Positions 9,831-20,486 of a DNA stretch of 64,000 nt are shown here, one piece after another. The stretch is from Nitrospirales bacterium (GTDB taxonomy: Bacteria; Nitrospirota; Nitrospiria; Nitrospirales; UBA8639), in NCBI GenBank assembly GCA_965223295.1, contig CBDCWC010000002.1:1344001-1408000 (forward strand). Reading direction: 5' to 3'. Numbering within the stretch: the stretch's first letter is position 1; every line of letters begins with the position of its first letter. The position numbers and the translations under genes were made by a program. The notes under the pieces were generated by a model that saw only the letters and a list, made by a program, of their open reading frames with translations, made no database searches and was not told where the DNA came from.

Positions 9831-11306
9831 CTAACTTGTGCGCTTGGGCAAGAAAATCCATCGCAGGACTTCACCAAATTCTTCAACTTGCTTGCCTCCC
9901 TGAATGAGCAAAAATCCACAATAGGTTAGTCCTCCAATTCCTGAAGCCAACAACAATCGAACGATTGAATGAGAGCCTTCAGCTGGAAGCAGATAGGTTT
10001 GTGCAGCCAGAACCACAAGCACCATTAAAAAAGTCGCAGTCACAGCGCTACGAATTTGCAGCCAAAATTCCAGAAACGTCATTGACATTTCTTTCAACAC
10101 CTCTCTCACCAGCCACAGCAATACAATAGGATAAACCACAACCCAGGCAAGAACAACGCCCATGCCCTCATACCATAGGGCACCTACCCAAAATGCTGCT
10201 GACATAATAATTAACAGAAAGGCCGTGTAGCAAAGTAAAAAACGATGGCGATAGGAGGCCAACAGGACTGGCGGCAATAACACATCAATAGACTTCAGGG
10301 AACCATACACACAAAATATTTGTAGCATGGGAACGATCGGGAGCCATTTCTCTGTCAAAAAAGCCACCACAGCATCATGCGCAACCAATGCAACTCCCAC
10401 ACACACAGGGAAAAAGCAACATGACACGATCCTGAGGGCTCTCATAAATGATTCCCGCATCGCCTCTCGGTCATCCTGCAACTCCGCCATAACTGGGAAC
10501 GCGAGGGAATTGACGACGACCGAGCCGCGCACGACAGGCAACAATGCGAGTTCTTTTGCATAGGAATAGAAGCCTAACGTCGCTTCACTTGTCAGCTTTC
10601 CCAACACGATGACATCAACTTGATTATACACAGTCCAACAAAACCGCATCCCGAGGGTCGAAAGACTATACTGAATAATCTTTGCTAATCGTGCCGTTCC
10701 AATACAAAAGCCCGGACGCCAGGGCTCAATTTTATATAAGCCAATATTGACCACCACGTGATGAATGAGGGTTGCACTAATCAGCGCCCACACACCAGCC
10801 CCATTCGCAGCAAATGATATAACGATGATCACAGACGTTAACGCTGCCAACAATTGAATCTTCGCAAGCTTATCAAACTCAAGTCGCTGCCTCAGCAAAC
10901 TATCAGGAACGATAACCAGAGAAATAAGCGGCAAGCCTAGCCCTGCAACACGTAACAGATCAGAAAGCAGGGGATTATCAAACCATTCCGCAATAAAGGG
11001 CGCGAACAGAAACAATACAAGATATCCACTTCCACCGATAAGCGCCATGAGCCAAAAACAGGCGTTTAACTCTTCTTTGGCCAAGTCTCGAAATTGAATA
11101 ATCGCAGCCCCCAACCCCATTTCCGCGATCATTCCCATCGTTGTGGTCCAGACACTCACCAATGCCATCAGACCATAATCACTTGGCTCCAACCATAAGC
11201 GAGCCACAAGAATCGTGGAAATACCGGAAAGCAATTGCACGCCACCGCGCGACCACACGATCCAAAATACGGATTTCGCGATTCGATCTTTAATCGAAAC
11301 CTTCAA
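9831..11306 (-). CDS. wzx: Polysaccharide flippase (WzxC-like)
   Basis: 491 aa polytopic membrane protein; VARLWLEPSDYGLMA, EMGLGAAIIQ, LGFYSYA. Confidence 0.9.
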   Translation of the reverse strand: MKVSIKDRIAKSVFWIVWSRGGVQLLSGISTILVARLWLEPSDYGLMALVSVWTTTMGMIAEMGLGAAIIQFRDLAKEELNACFWLMALIGGSGYLVLFLFAPFIAEWFDNPLLSDLLRVAGLGLPLISLVIVPDSLLRQRLEFDKLAKIQLLAALTSVIIVISFAANGAGVWALISATLIHHVVVNIGLYKIEPWRPGFCIGTARLAKIIQYSLSTLGMRFCWTVYNQVDVIVLGKLTSEATLGFYSYAKELALLPVVRGSVVVNSLAFPVMAELQDDREAMRESFMRALRIVSCCFFPVCVGVALVAHDAVVAFLTEKWLPIVPMLQIFCVYGSLKSIDVLLPPVLLASYRHRFLLCYTAFLLIIMSAAFWVGALWYEGMGVVLAWVVVYPIVLLWLVREVLKEMSMTFLEFWLQIRSAVTATFLMVLVVLAAQTYLLPAEGSHSIVRLLLASGIGGLTYCGFLLIQGGKQVEEFGEVLRWIFLPKRTS

Positions 11307-11592
11307 AACAACTGCCTCCGGCTAGTTCTTCTGTGTTAAAAATATGCAATAACGTATTCGCCAACGTATATCCCTCATGCTCCTTTACAATTCTGCACTC
11401 ATTGTTGCTTACAACAACGGAAAGACGGGCTTTATCCGGTTTGTAAGGAGAAGAAGAGATAAATTAGGCAAAAAACATAAGATGTTGTTACAAGAAACTG
11501 TGAGAACCTGCCACTTCGGAAATAGACAAACTCAAAGAACCGCGACTTTGGCCCTCATCTTAGCCATAGCATTATTCTTATGTTTCGGACCT

Positions 11593-12621
11593 TTAGGGGA
11601 GATACTTGATAATCTGAGGACCAATAACATTGGCAACAGGAAGGGGCAATTTCTTCCAGGCTGAAATGAATGGCTGAAATTTTGGATTCGTCGGACTGAT
11701 ATTTGGAATCGCCCCTCCACCAGGAAGATAATATTGGTAATGAAGAGGTTTTGGCTCAAACCCCCAATGGCGTTTAAAGTCATAGGCTCCCGTGCCTTCC
11801 TTACTTCGGCCAAAATCAAACACCTTATAGCCATGCTCCCAACCAAACCGCATAAGTTCCCAATACATAAAGTCGTATACGGCATACCGAAGGAATTCGG
11901 GAAGGCCACCACCATAATACGGCAACAGTTGATCCTGATAACAAAACGTCATAACCCCAGCAGCCATTTGATTTTGGTGCCAGACGGTTAAAATTTTGCA
12001 CTTGTCTCCGAGCTCATCAAGCAATATTTCAAAATAACGATAGGGGAAAGCTGGCGTACCAAGATTCCTCAAACTTGTGGAATAGATGTCGTAAAATTCT
12101 TTAAGAAATTCCTTGCCTCCTATTTTCGCTTCCAATTGATGATTGATTCCTTGTCGAACCATACGACGCTGCTTTCTGGGAATTGCTTTCATATTTTTTT
12201 CTTCTCCATCATAGATTTCTCGGGAAAACGTGTAGTAGAGATCTTTGACAGGAAGATCCAACTCCAGCATGTCCACATGCCGGAGTTCGAGAAAATCAAC
12301 GCCTAATTCTTGGGAAAGACTTTCTCCTTTCCTTTTGAGCAGTTGCGCTGCTTCAGAAGAATCCGCACAAATTCCACCATAGACACCAAATGGGACTGAA
12401 ATAAGCACCTTTCCTCGAAAAGGTTTATTCACTAAAAATAACGGAAGGACTCCCTTAACATCTCCTTCACTTTCAGCAAGGAAATACCATGGTGCATATC
12501 CAAAACATTTTTCAATGACTGTCTTCCAAGCTATCGTGTGAAAAAAGGAACCTGATCGTGACAAGCAGACAAAATCATCCCAGGATTGTTGGCTGGCAGG
12601 ACTGTACGGCTTTACTTCCAT
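11593..12621 (-). CDS. FemAB-related GNAT of the PEP-CTERM/XrtA system
   Basis: LISVPFGVYGG, IPRKQRRMVR, LRNLGTP, FDFGRSKEGTGAYDFKRHWGFEP. Confidence 0.9.
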   Translation of the reverse strand: MEVKPYSPASQQSWDDFVCLSRSGSFFHTIAWKTVIEKCFGYAPWYFLAESEGDVKGVLPLFLVNKPFRGKVLISVPFGVYGGICADSSEAAQLLKRKGESLSQELGVDFLELRHVDMLELDLPVKDLYYTFSREIYDGEEKNMKAIPRKQRRMVRQGINHQLEAKIGGKEFLKEFYDIYSTSLRNLGTPAFPYRYFEILLDELGDKCKILTVWHQNQMAAGVMTFCYQDQLLPYYGGGLPEFLRYAVYDFMYWELMRFGWEHGYKVFDFGRSKEGTGAYDFKRHWGFEPKPLHYQYYLPGGGAIPNISPTNPKFQPFISAWKKLPLPVANVIGPQIIKYLP

Positions 12622-12682
12622 CTATTCAGGCCACTTTCATGATATCGTTGAGCCTTCACAACTCAATGCCTGGAGAAACGAG

Positions 12683-13696
12683 TTACCGAAGAAACTTTCG
12701 GATAGTGTAGTCCTTCACTTTACGGGCATGAGTAAAAATAATAATCTCCCCCAGCAATCCAATCGAGCCGACTTGCACCCCTAACACCATTAACAAGACA
12801 CCTAAGATCAATAACGGCCGATCAGCTAGCGCGGTCATACCAAAAATCTTTTCCACGGCGAGTAGAAAAGAAACAAAAAACCCAGAAGCAAATAGTCCGC
12901 TTCCGATCAATCCAAAAAAACGTAAAGGCTTTTTGGTAAATTTAAAAAGAAACACAACCGTCAGTAAATCGAGCACACGCCTCAGATAGACACCCGGGCG
13001 ATAGACGCGATAGTCACCATCTGCTGGGTGTTGAGGAATGTCAACCTCTGCAATACGAAACCCTTTTTGACGCGCCAGTAGTGGAAGAAATCGGTGAAGA
13101 TCTCCATACAGATGTACTTCTTTCGTGACAATCTGTCGCATGCCACGAAGACCAGACCCAAGATCATGACATTCTATGCCCGTCAACCATGTGGAGAGAA
13201 AATTAAATAATCGCGTTTGCAATTGGCCCACCCAGGAATCGACTCTGGGAAACCGCCGGGTGACGACCACATCATATCCCTCATTCAATCGACCCAGCAC
13301 ACGTTCAATACCTTCAGGAACCGTTTGAAAATATGCCGGTAAAGTCACAATAAGTTCGCCATCCGCCCGCTCAAACCCCACAACCAAAGCCGTCGACTCC
13401 CCAAATGAATAGGGTAAGGAAATAATTTTAACAAGATTATTGTTGTGTTGGAGTTTTTCCAAAGATTCCACAATTGCCCCATCTCCTCCATCAACGACAA
13501 AAATACATTCAAAGACTATGGCTGTTTTAGCAAGTATGGTTGAGTAGGCATGGTACACGGCTTCGACATTTTGTGAACGTTCGACGACAGGCACAACAAG
13601 GGAAAGGGATGGCCTAGGCGACAATAAAGACTCTGAAGGGGCATGAGCAGAATCAGGGCTAGATGGCTTCATTGAAATCATTGACATAGTGCTCAA
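12683..13696 (-). CDS. GT2 polyprenol-phosphate glycosyltransferase-like protein with degenerate catalytic motifs
   Basis: Homologous to 13768-14733 (LYGDLHRFLP, two C-terminal TMs, GLLGE); VVDGGDG and TLPAYFQ replace DDGSSD and MDGDLQ. Confidence 0.8.
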   Translation of the reverse strand: MSTMSMISMKPSSPDSAHAPSESLLSPRPSLSLVVPVVERSQNVEAVYHAYSTILAKTAIVFECIFVVDGGDGAIVESLEKLQHNNNLVKIISLPYSFGESTALVVGFERADGELIVTLPAYFQTVPEGIERVLGRLNEGYDVVVTRRFPRVDSWVGQLQTRLFNFLSTWLTGIECHDLGSGLRGMRQIVTKEVHLYGDLHRFLPLLARQKGFRIAEVDIPQHPADGDYRVYRPGVYLRRVLDLLTVVFLFKFTKKPLRFFGLIGSGLFASGFFVSFLLAVEKIFGMTALADRPLLILGVLLMVLGVQVGSIGLLGEIIIFTHARKVKDYTIRKFLR

Positions 13697-13767
13697 TCAA
13701 CTTCCATGACATCTTCACGTTGATCGTATCGCTCACATTCTTACATTGAAAAGAAACAGATAGACAA

Positions 13768-14733
13768 TCAAGCTCTCTTTTGGATGGACACCAATTTACT
13801 CACAGCCATTGCCGGATAGTAATCACCGGTTGCCAAGAGCATTTCTCCTAGCACCCCTAACGCAACCATATGCCCAGTGAGCGCTAAGAACATAAATGCC
13901 ACAGACGGAAGAATAATCCCCGAAATATCATTAGCCAAATAGACCACAAAACAACCCATTCCGATTAAACCTGCCAACATCCCAAATTGCCCAAACCAAA
14001 GACTTGGCCGAGAAGAACACCGAACAATCAAATGGATGACAAAAAGATCTAAACACACACGCCAAGCACGGGAAATACCATACTTGCTTTCTCCAAATTT
14101 TCTAGAATGATGAGTCACGACAACTTCGGCAACCTTCGCTCCACCCAACGTGGACATGGCAGGAATAAATCGGTGAAAATCAGCATATAAAGGAAGATGC
14201 TTGACGACAGATCGACGATAGGCTTTCAGTGAACATCCATTATCATGAATGGGCACACCGGTAATTTTACCAATGAGCCAATTCGCAATCATCGAAGGAA
14301 TTTTTCGGGAAATTAACCGATCTTTCCGATCTTGCCGCCAGCCACACACAACTTCATATCCCTCCCCCAACTTCTTCAGCAACAATGGAATATCCTTAGG
14401 ATCATTTTGCAAATCTCCATCCATACTTACCACATACTGACCTCGAGCAGCGCGAAATCCTGCAGCCATTGCTGCAGTCTGGCCATAATTCTTTCGAAAC
14501 TCAACAACTCGGACATAGGCATGTTCTTCGTGAAGTTGAGCTAAGACTTGAGGAGTGGTATCAGAGCTTCCATCATCAATAAAGATGATTTCAAAGGGTT
14601 GTCCATATGCGTGACAAGCTGAAGCAATCGCTTCAAAAAGCACAGGCAGGCTCTCTTCTTCGTTAAATATGGGAACAACAATAGAAAGAATTGGTGGGAC
14701 TTTCACGGATACATTACTTCCTGCACGCTTCAT
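13768..14733 (-). CDS. GT2 polyprenol-phosphate glycosyltransferase (ArnC/GtrB-like)
   Basis: SIVVPIFNEE, IDDGSSD, NYGQTAA, MDGDLQNDP, HRFIP, GESKYG, two C-terminal TMs. Confidence 0.9.
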   Translation of the reverse strand: MKRAGSNVSVKVPPILSIVVPIFNEEESLPVLFEAIASACHAYGQPFEIIFIDDGSSDTTPQVLAQLHEEHAYVRVVEFRKNYGQTAAMAAGFRAARGQYVVSMDGDLQNDPKDIPLLLKKLGEGYEVVCGWRQDRKDRLISRKIPSMIANWLIGKITGVPIHDNGCSLKAYRRSVVKHLPLYADFHRFIPAMSTLGGAKVAEVVVTHHSRKFGESKYGISRAWRVCLDLFVIHLIVRCSSRPSLWFGQFGMLAGLIGMGCFVVYLANDISGIILPSVAFMFLALTGHMVALGVLGEMLLATGDYYPAMAVSKLVSIQKRA

Positions 14734-14825
14734 AGAGGAGTGAAATATAGCATGGGCTCAAAAAAAATACACACCCGTATTCTAAAGGTCACAGACTAAG
14801 GGCCCAGCAGTTGAGCACCTATTAC

Positions 14826-16079
14826 TCAAGCAACACGACCTAACATTTTTTGGTAGATAGGAACATACCGTTTCACGATATGTTCCCAAGAATGTTCTTT
14901 GGTGACCCATGACTTTCCTTGTGTCACTAATTTTTGAACGCGACCAGGATCTTGTAACAATTCTTCTAGCTTGGAAGCTAAAGATTGAGCGTTTCCAGCT
15001 TGAAATAACACTCCTGTCTTTTCGGATTGAATAAGCTCACGATGCCCTCCAATATCACTCGCGATAACTGGTTTTTCCATAGCCATGGCCTCTAAAGGTT
15101 TTAGCGGAGTGACCAGTTCAGTCAGACGAATCGAATTTCTGGGATACACGAGAAAATTGAATAGGCCATACACACCAGGAATCTGTTCATGAGGAATTCG
15201 CCCAGGGAAGACAACATGTGGAACCAACGATAAGCGACGAACCTGCGCCTTTAACTCTTCCTCGACTTCACCTCCCCCAACCAAGAGAAGCACCAAATTT
15301 TTGTTCTTTTTGATAAGTGTGGCAAAGGCTTCAACTAAAAGATCTAAGCCTTCGTAGCGGTAAAAAGACCCGACAAACCCGATGACAGATTTGCCCTCCA
15401 AACCCCAGGCATGGCGAAATTTTTCATCACCAGGGCATGCCTGAAAGTCCGCCGCATGAATACCATTCGGTATGATCGCAATATGATCTTCTGGAATGTT
15501 TCGCTTTTGCAAATCCTGCTTAATCCCATGACACAGAACAGCCAAATGATTCACTCTTCGACATACCCAGGTTTCCAGCGCACGCACCAGACGATATTTC
15601 CAGGATTGTTCCCCATAGGTCCCATGATCAACAGCCGCATCCTCCCAAAACGCTCGAATTTCATAAACAACAGGAATTCGGAATTTTTTTCCTAACACTA
15701 ACGCCGGCAATACATTCAAAGCTGGAGAATGTACGTGCAAGATGTCAGGCTGTTCCTGAGCAATCACCCGTTTTAAGCTGCGAAATAATTTTGTCACTAC
15801 TTGCACTTGACTGGTATATCCCCCTATCTCTTGAGGATTAAATTCAGACCGATAAAATTGAATGCCTTCGATCGTCTGATCAGAACAGGACATCCAATCG
15901 TCCTTCAGACCCATCTGATGTTTCGTAGAAGTAAGCGCACAGGGATACCATCCAAGATACTGTTGCGATTTCAGAATATTCTGGGATCTAAACGCATACC
16001 CACTATGTAAGGGCAAACTATGATCTAAGACATGAATCACCCGAGGGGCAAATACATCATTACCCACGAACTCGCTCAC
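14826..16079 (-). CDS. GT4 glycosyltransferase, exosortase-A system-associated
   Basis: HVLDHSLPLHSGYAFRS, YEIRAFWEDAAVDHG, RLTELVTPLKPLEAMA. Confidence 0.9.
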   Translation of the reverse strand: MSEFVGNDVFAPRVIHVLDHSLPLHSGYAFRSQNILKSQQYLGWYPCALTSTKHQMGLKDDWMSCSDQTIEGIQFYRSEFNPQEIGGYTSQVQVVTKLFRSLKRVIAQEQPDILHVHSPALNVLPALVLGKKFRIPVVYEIRAFWEDAAVDHGTYGEQSWKYRLVRALETWVCRRVNHLAVLCHGIKQDLQKRNIPEDHIAIIPNGIHAADFQACPGDEKFRHAWGLEGKSVIGFVGSFYRYEGLDLLVEAFATLIKKNKNLVLLLVGGGEVEEELKAQVRRLSLVPHVVFPGRIPHEQIPGVYGLFNFLVYPRNSIRLTELVTPLKPLEAMAMEKPVIASDIGGHRELIQSEKTGVLFQAGNAQSLASKLEELLQDPGRVQKLVTQGKSWVTKEHSWEHIVKRYVPIYQKMLGRVA

Positions 16080-17322
16080 TTAAAATTTTGACGATGCGCG
16101 CTCCGGCTTTGCCATCCCAATACCGAGGCTTGACTCGTTTGGGCTTGGCTTGCAATTGCTCCTGAGCATGACGAATAATTGACTGAGTCTTCACTCCAGC
16201 TAACACATTCGTGCCTTGTGTCACAGTAATTGGCCGTTCAGTATTCTCTCGAATGGTCACACAGGGCACACCAAGAATAGTTGTCTCCTCCTGTATTCCC
16301 CCTGAATCCGTCAAGACCAGCCGTGCATGTGCAGTCAGACAAAGAAAATCAAGATAACTCAGCGGATCAACACAATACAGCCCGGCCCCTCCTACCTTAA
16401 CACCGGATTGGGTCTTACCTAAGGCATTCGCAAAATACCGTTGGAATCCAAAATCAATCAATCGCGTCCGGGTACGTGGGTGAGTGGGGAAGACAACAGG
16501 AAGTTCTTTGCTAATAACCTTCAACGCATTAAGTATGGGTTTTAAGACCTTCGGGTCATCCACGTTACTGGGGCGATGCAACGTTAAGACGGCATACGGC
16601 CGAATCGACGGCAGGCGAACCTTCCTTTTTGAAGGAGACCCATTGCTTAAAACCCTTCCCAACTCGACCTGCAAACCTAAGGTCTGAAGAACGGTAGACT
16701 GCATGGCCTTTTCACGGTGTTTTAACAAGGTATCGACCATTGTGTTTCCAACAAAGAATATTTTTTTTGAGGCTATCCCCTCGTTACGCAGATGTTGTTT
16801 TGCCGTCTCTTCTGTTGTGAACAGCATATCGGACAGCGCATCAGTCAGCACCCGATTCACTTCTTCGGGCATCCCCCAATCAAAACTTCGCAGTCCAGCT
16901 TCTACATGCGCAATCAAAGGCCGCACAGCTCCTTTTTGGCTCGAAGACTGAGGATAGACAATTTTTGACGCTACAAGCGCACAAGCAATCGTGGAGTTCA
17001 CATCGCCCACCACCAAGACAATATTAGGCTGTGTTTTTAATAGCACGGGTTCTATACGCCGCATAATTTCTGCGGTTTGCTGAGCATGCGACCCCGACCC
17101 CACTTCCAAATCCACGTTCGGTTTGGGCATACCAAGATCTCGAAAAAATGACTGTGACATTTGCTGATCATAATGTTGTCCCGTATGGACCAACTTATAC
17201 CCAATGGGGCGGGAATGACTTTTATTATACTGCTTCAATGCATCAATAATAGCCGATATTTTCATAAAATTTGGGCGTGCCCCCGCCACTAACAATATTG
17301 AAAAACGCTTCGACGCTCTCAT
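16060..17322 (-). CDS. wecB: UDP-N-acetylglucosamine 2-epimerase (non-hydrolysing)
   Basis: GARPNFMK, HTGQHYD, HVEAGLRS, TLHRPSNVD, TDSGGIQEE, TERP; start moved to ATG 17322 to avoid overlap. Confidence 0.93.
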   Translation of the reverse strand: MRASKRFSILLVAGARPNFMKISAIIDALKQYNKSHSRPIGYKLVHTGQHYDQQMSQSFFRDLGMPKPNVDLEVGSGSHAQQTAEIMRRIEPVLLKTQPNIVLVVGDVNSTIACALVASKIVYPQSSSQKGAVRPLIAHVEAGLRSFDWGMPEEVNRVLTDALSDMLFTTEETAKQHLRNEGIASKKIFFVGNTMVDTLLKHREKAMQSTVLQTLGLQVELGRVLSNGSPSKRKVRLPSIRPYAVLTLHRPSNVDDPKVLKPILNALKVISKELPVVFPTHPRTRTRLIDFGFQRYFANALGKTQSGVKVGGAGLYCVDPLSYLDFLCLTAHARLVLTDSGGIQEETTILGVPCVTIRENTERPITVTQGTNVLAGVKTQSIIRHAQEQLQAKPKRVKPRYWDGKAGARIVKILSERVRG

Positions 17323-17341
17323 AGGTTCTTGATCCCCTTCA

Positions 17342-18568
17342 TCATGATCCAGAGGGAAATGGCACTTCATTTCCCATTTTTTGAATAGGTACGACCGATT
17401 GAAACACTTCTTTCACCGCATCAGCGGTTTGACTCCATCGAAATTGCTGCGCATGCGTTAAGATGTCAGATTTCGACCATGGATGTTCCAAGCTGGCCTT
17501 CAAAGCCTGGGCAACCTGGTCAGGTCTTCGTGGCACCAAAGTTCCGACCTGTGAAGACGTGACAATTTCTGGGATGCCTCCTACAGAAGTGGCGATCACA
17601 GGCGTACCACAGGCTAAGGATTCCACAATGACATTGGGCCACCCTTCTCTCTCACTCAACAAACAACACACATTCGCCGCATTAAAATACCAGGCCAACT
17701 GTTCATGAGGCACAGCCCCACAAAACTTGACACGTGAGCCCAAGCCTAAAGATTGCGCGAGACCTTCCAGCCGCTCACGTTCGATACCATCGCCAACAAT
17801 ATATAATGACCACATCACGGATGCATTGGTTTTTGTTAGAAGGGCCAATGCCTCTAACAACACATCAAGACCTTTATTCTTTGTTAAATGACACACGGAC
17901 AACACCAGCAACCGGCTTTCTTCTATAAACCCAATTTTTTTCCTGGCCTCTTCTTGAGGAATTGGGAAAAATTTTTTCGGATCCACCCCATTCGGAATGA
18001 CATGAATCTTGTTTTCATCAACTCCTAGTTCCTTGGAGACTTGTTTAAGAGCATCGGACACCACAATGACTGAATCAGCCCGTCCAAGCACCCAGGCTAT
18101 CAATTGTCGAATCACCGGGAGATCTTTAAAAAGATTCACATCACTACCCCGAGCCGACACAACGACAGGAACACGAGTGACCCAGCTTAACAACACAGCC
18201 GCAAATCCATCAGGGTACACATAATGAGCATCGATAAGAACAAACGGGAAAGTCCGTTGAAGTACACGAATTTGCCAACACACAGACAAAAATAAACACA
18301 ATCCCTGCAGCCACATCCCAACTTTTGGAATCATGACATAGCGCGGGTGCCACACCTCCATACCTTCTCGGATCTCATGAGGAAGGACTTTCCGATACTT
18401 TGCACGCCAGCCTCCCAACCCAGGCGGGTAATAGGGAACTGGTGCCATCACCTTCACGTTCCATCTGTGGCGAGTCATATACTGTTGAACACGTTGTTGA
18501 ATAAAAATTCCATGATTGGGAGACTGGTCATTGGGAAACAAACTGGTAAACACAAGGACATTCATCAC
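17342..18568 (-). CDS. GT4 glycosyltransferase (TuaC-like)
   Basis: IDAHYVYPDG, SARGSDVN, IPNGVD, EGWPNVIVESLACGTPV. Confidence 0.9.
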   Translation of the reverse strand: MMNVLVFTSLFPNDQSPNHGIFIQQRVQQYMTRHRWNVKVMAPVPYYPPGLGGWRAKYRKVLPHEIREGMEVWHPRYVMIPKVGMWLQGLCLFLSVCWQIRVLQRTFPFVLIDAHYVYPDGFAAVLLSWVTRVPVVVSARGSDVNLFKDLPVIRQLIAWVLGRADSVIVVSDALKQVSKELGVDENKIHVIPNGVDPKKFFPIPQEEARKKIGFIEESRLLVLSVCHLTKNKGLDVLLEALALLTKTNASVMWSLYIVGDGIERERLEGLAQSLGLGSRVKFCGAVPHEQLAWYFNAANVCCLLSEREGWPNVIVESLACGTPVIATSVGGIPEIVTSSQVGTLVPRRPDQVAQALKASLEHPWSKSDILTHAQQFRWSQTADAVKEVFQSVVPIQKMGNEVPFPSGS

Positions 18569-18571
18569 AAA

Positions 18572-20467
18572 TCACTGACCGCCATCCATAGTCGCACCAA
18601 ATTCCTTTTGCCACATGCGAAACATCAAGACTGTCCATAGCTCAGTTGCTCGATTATGCAAACCGGACTGATGGTCACCCCAAAGCTTTGAAATCGTAGA
18701 CATATTCAAGATAGAGTCGCCAGAATTATCAAACAATACGCTATGGGCCATGTCCTTTAGTTCCACCCGAAACCATCGTTCCAAAGGAACAGCAAACCCC
18801 ATCTTTTTTCGATAGAGAATGTTGTGAGAAAGAAATGGAGAAAACGCTTTCTTTAAAATATCTTTCCCGCTCGTTCCCTTTAATTTCAATGAAGTAGGAA
18901 TTTTGGCGGCCAACTCCATAAATTGGCTATCCAGCATCGGCGCACGCACCTCTAGAGAATTGGCCATACTGGCTCGATCCACCTTCACCAAAATGTCATC
19001 CGTCATATACGTTTTCACATCTACATATTGAATACGTGCCATCGGATTCGCATCAATAGCTTTGTCGTAGTATGTTCGAAACACATCTGCAGTATCGTAA
19101 CCGCCTAACTCTTTCCAGATATCCGGATGTAACAACGTCTGTTTGATTTCAGGTGAGACAGCCGACACTGAACGAAAATATCCTTCGATATGCGACCGCG
19201 CTAAGTTTTGAAATGTCGCTTTACCCCGAAATATTCGTGGAGCCCAATCGGCTTTTGGATACAATGATGCCAATGTCCCGAAAAGCAAGGCACGCAACCC
19301 AGGAGGCAGAAGTCCACGAATTTGCTCCTCGCGATGATCGAACATATACCGCCGATACCCGCAAAAAAACTCGTCGCCCCCGTCACCCGACAACGCTACC
19401 GTCACATGTTCACGCGCTAGCTTGGAAACATAATAGGTCGGAACTGCCGAGGAGTCGGCAAACGGCTCATCATAAAACCACGCTAATTTTTCAGTAATCC
19501 CCACCGCATCAGGCTTGACGATTTCTTCAAAATGTCGAGTGTCATATTGCTGTGCGACTTCTCTGGCATATTCAACCTCATCAAATTCCTTTTCCTGAAA
19601 CCCAATGGACGTCGTGACCACTGGCTTACCGGTAATTTGACTCATCAACGCCACCACGGACGATGAATCGATCCCGCCTGATAAAAAAGCTCCTAATGGG
19701 ACTTCGCTGATTAATCGAGATTGAACCGCATTCCGAAGAACCTGAACAATCTGATCACACCACTGCTCTTCTGACTGCTGCTCCGGCTGCGAGAAATCAA
19801 TATCCCAGTATTCCCTTTCATGAAGACCCTGAGGAGAGACCACCACATAATGTCCAGGCCGCACCTTCCGAATACTTTTGAATATGGATTTAGGGGCAGG
19901 AACATACAGCAAGGAAAAATAATCCGATAGGCCTTCCAGATCGATTTCTCTCTTGAGACCAGGGACAAGGAGCAGAGATTTCATCTCTGAACCGAACGCT
20001 AATTGGTTCCCGTCAAAGTTATAAAAAAGAGGTTTTTTCCCTACACGATCTCTTGCCAAAATAACTGACCGCTTGGGACGATCCCAAATAGCCAACGCAA
20101 ACATGCCATGCAATGACTGAAAACATGCCTCCCCTTGTTCTTCATAGAGGTGAACAATCACTTCAGTATCTGAACGAGTTTTAAAAATATGCCCCTTCTT
20201 TACTAAAAAATGTCGCAATTCTTGAAAGTTATAGATTTCACCATTGAATGCAACCCATATCGATTGATCTTCATTACAAAGCGGTTGATGTCCGCCCTCC
20301 ACATCAATAATAGAAAGCCGGCGATGAGCTAAGCCCACAGGTCCATCAAAAAAGAATCCTTCATCATCTGGCCCCCTGTGCACCAGGGTATCCGCCATAT
20401 TTTTTAAGAGAGAACCTGAGACAGGCTCTCCAGAACCCACATTAAATAACCCACAAATCCCACACAT
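18572..20467 (-). CDS. asnB: Asparagine synthase (glutamine-hydrolysing) family amidotransferase, XrtA-associated
   Basis: MCGICG, HRGPD, HRRLSIID, FNGEIYN, FLSGGIDSS, KVDRASMANSLEVRAP. Confidence 0.93.
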   Translation of the reverse strand: MCGICGLFNVGSGEPVSGSLLKNMADTLVHRGPDDEGFFFDGPVGLAHRRLSIIDVEGGHQPLCNEDQSIWVAFNGEIYNFQELRHFLVKKGHIFKTRSDTEVIVHLYEEQGEACFQSLHGMFALAIWDRPKRSVILARDRVGKKPLFYNFDGNQLAFGSEMKSLLLVPGLKREIDLEGLSDYFSLLYVPAPKSIFKSIRKVRPGHYVVVSPQGLHEREYWDIDFSQPEQQSEEQWCDQIVQVLRNAVQSRLISEVPLGAFLSGGIDSSSVVALMSQITGKPVVTTSIGFQEKEFDEVEYAREVAQQYDTRHFEEIVKPDAVGITEKLAWFYDEPFADSSAVPTYYVSKLAREHVTVALSGDGGDEFFCGYRRYMFDHREEQIRGLLPPGLRALLFGTLASLYPKADWAPRIFRGKATFQNLARSHIEGYFRSVSAVSPEIKQTLLHPDIWKELGGYDTADVFRTYYDKAIDANPMARIQYVDVKTYMTDDILVKVDRASMANSLEVRAPMLDSQFMELAAKIPTSLKLKGTSGKDILKKAFSPFLSHNILYRKKMGFAVPLERWFRVELKDMAHSVLFDNSGDSILNMSTISKLWGDHQSGLHNRATELWTVLMFRMWQKEFGATMDGGQ

Positions 20468-20486
20468 CTTACTATTCCATTCTCAT

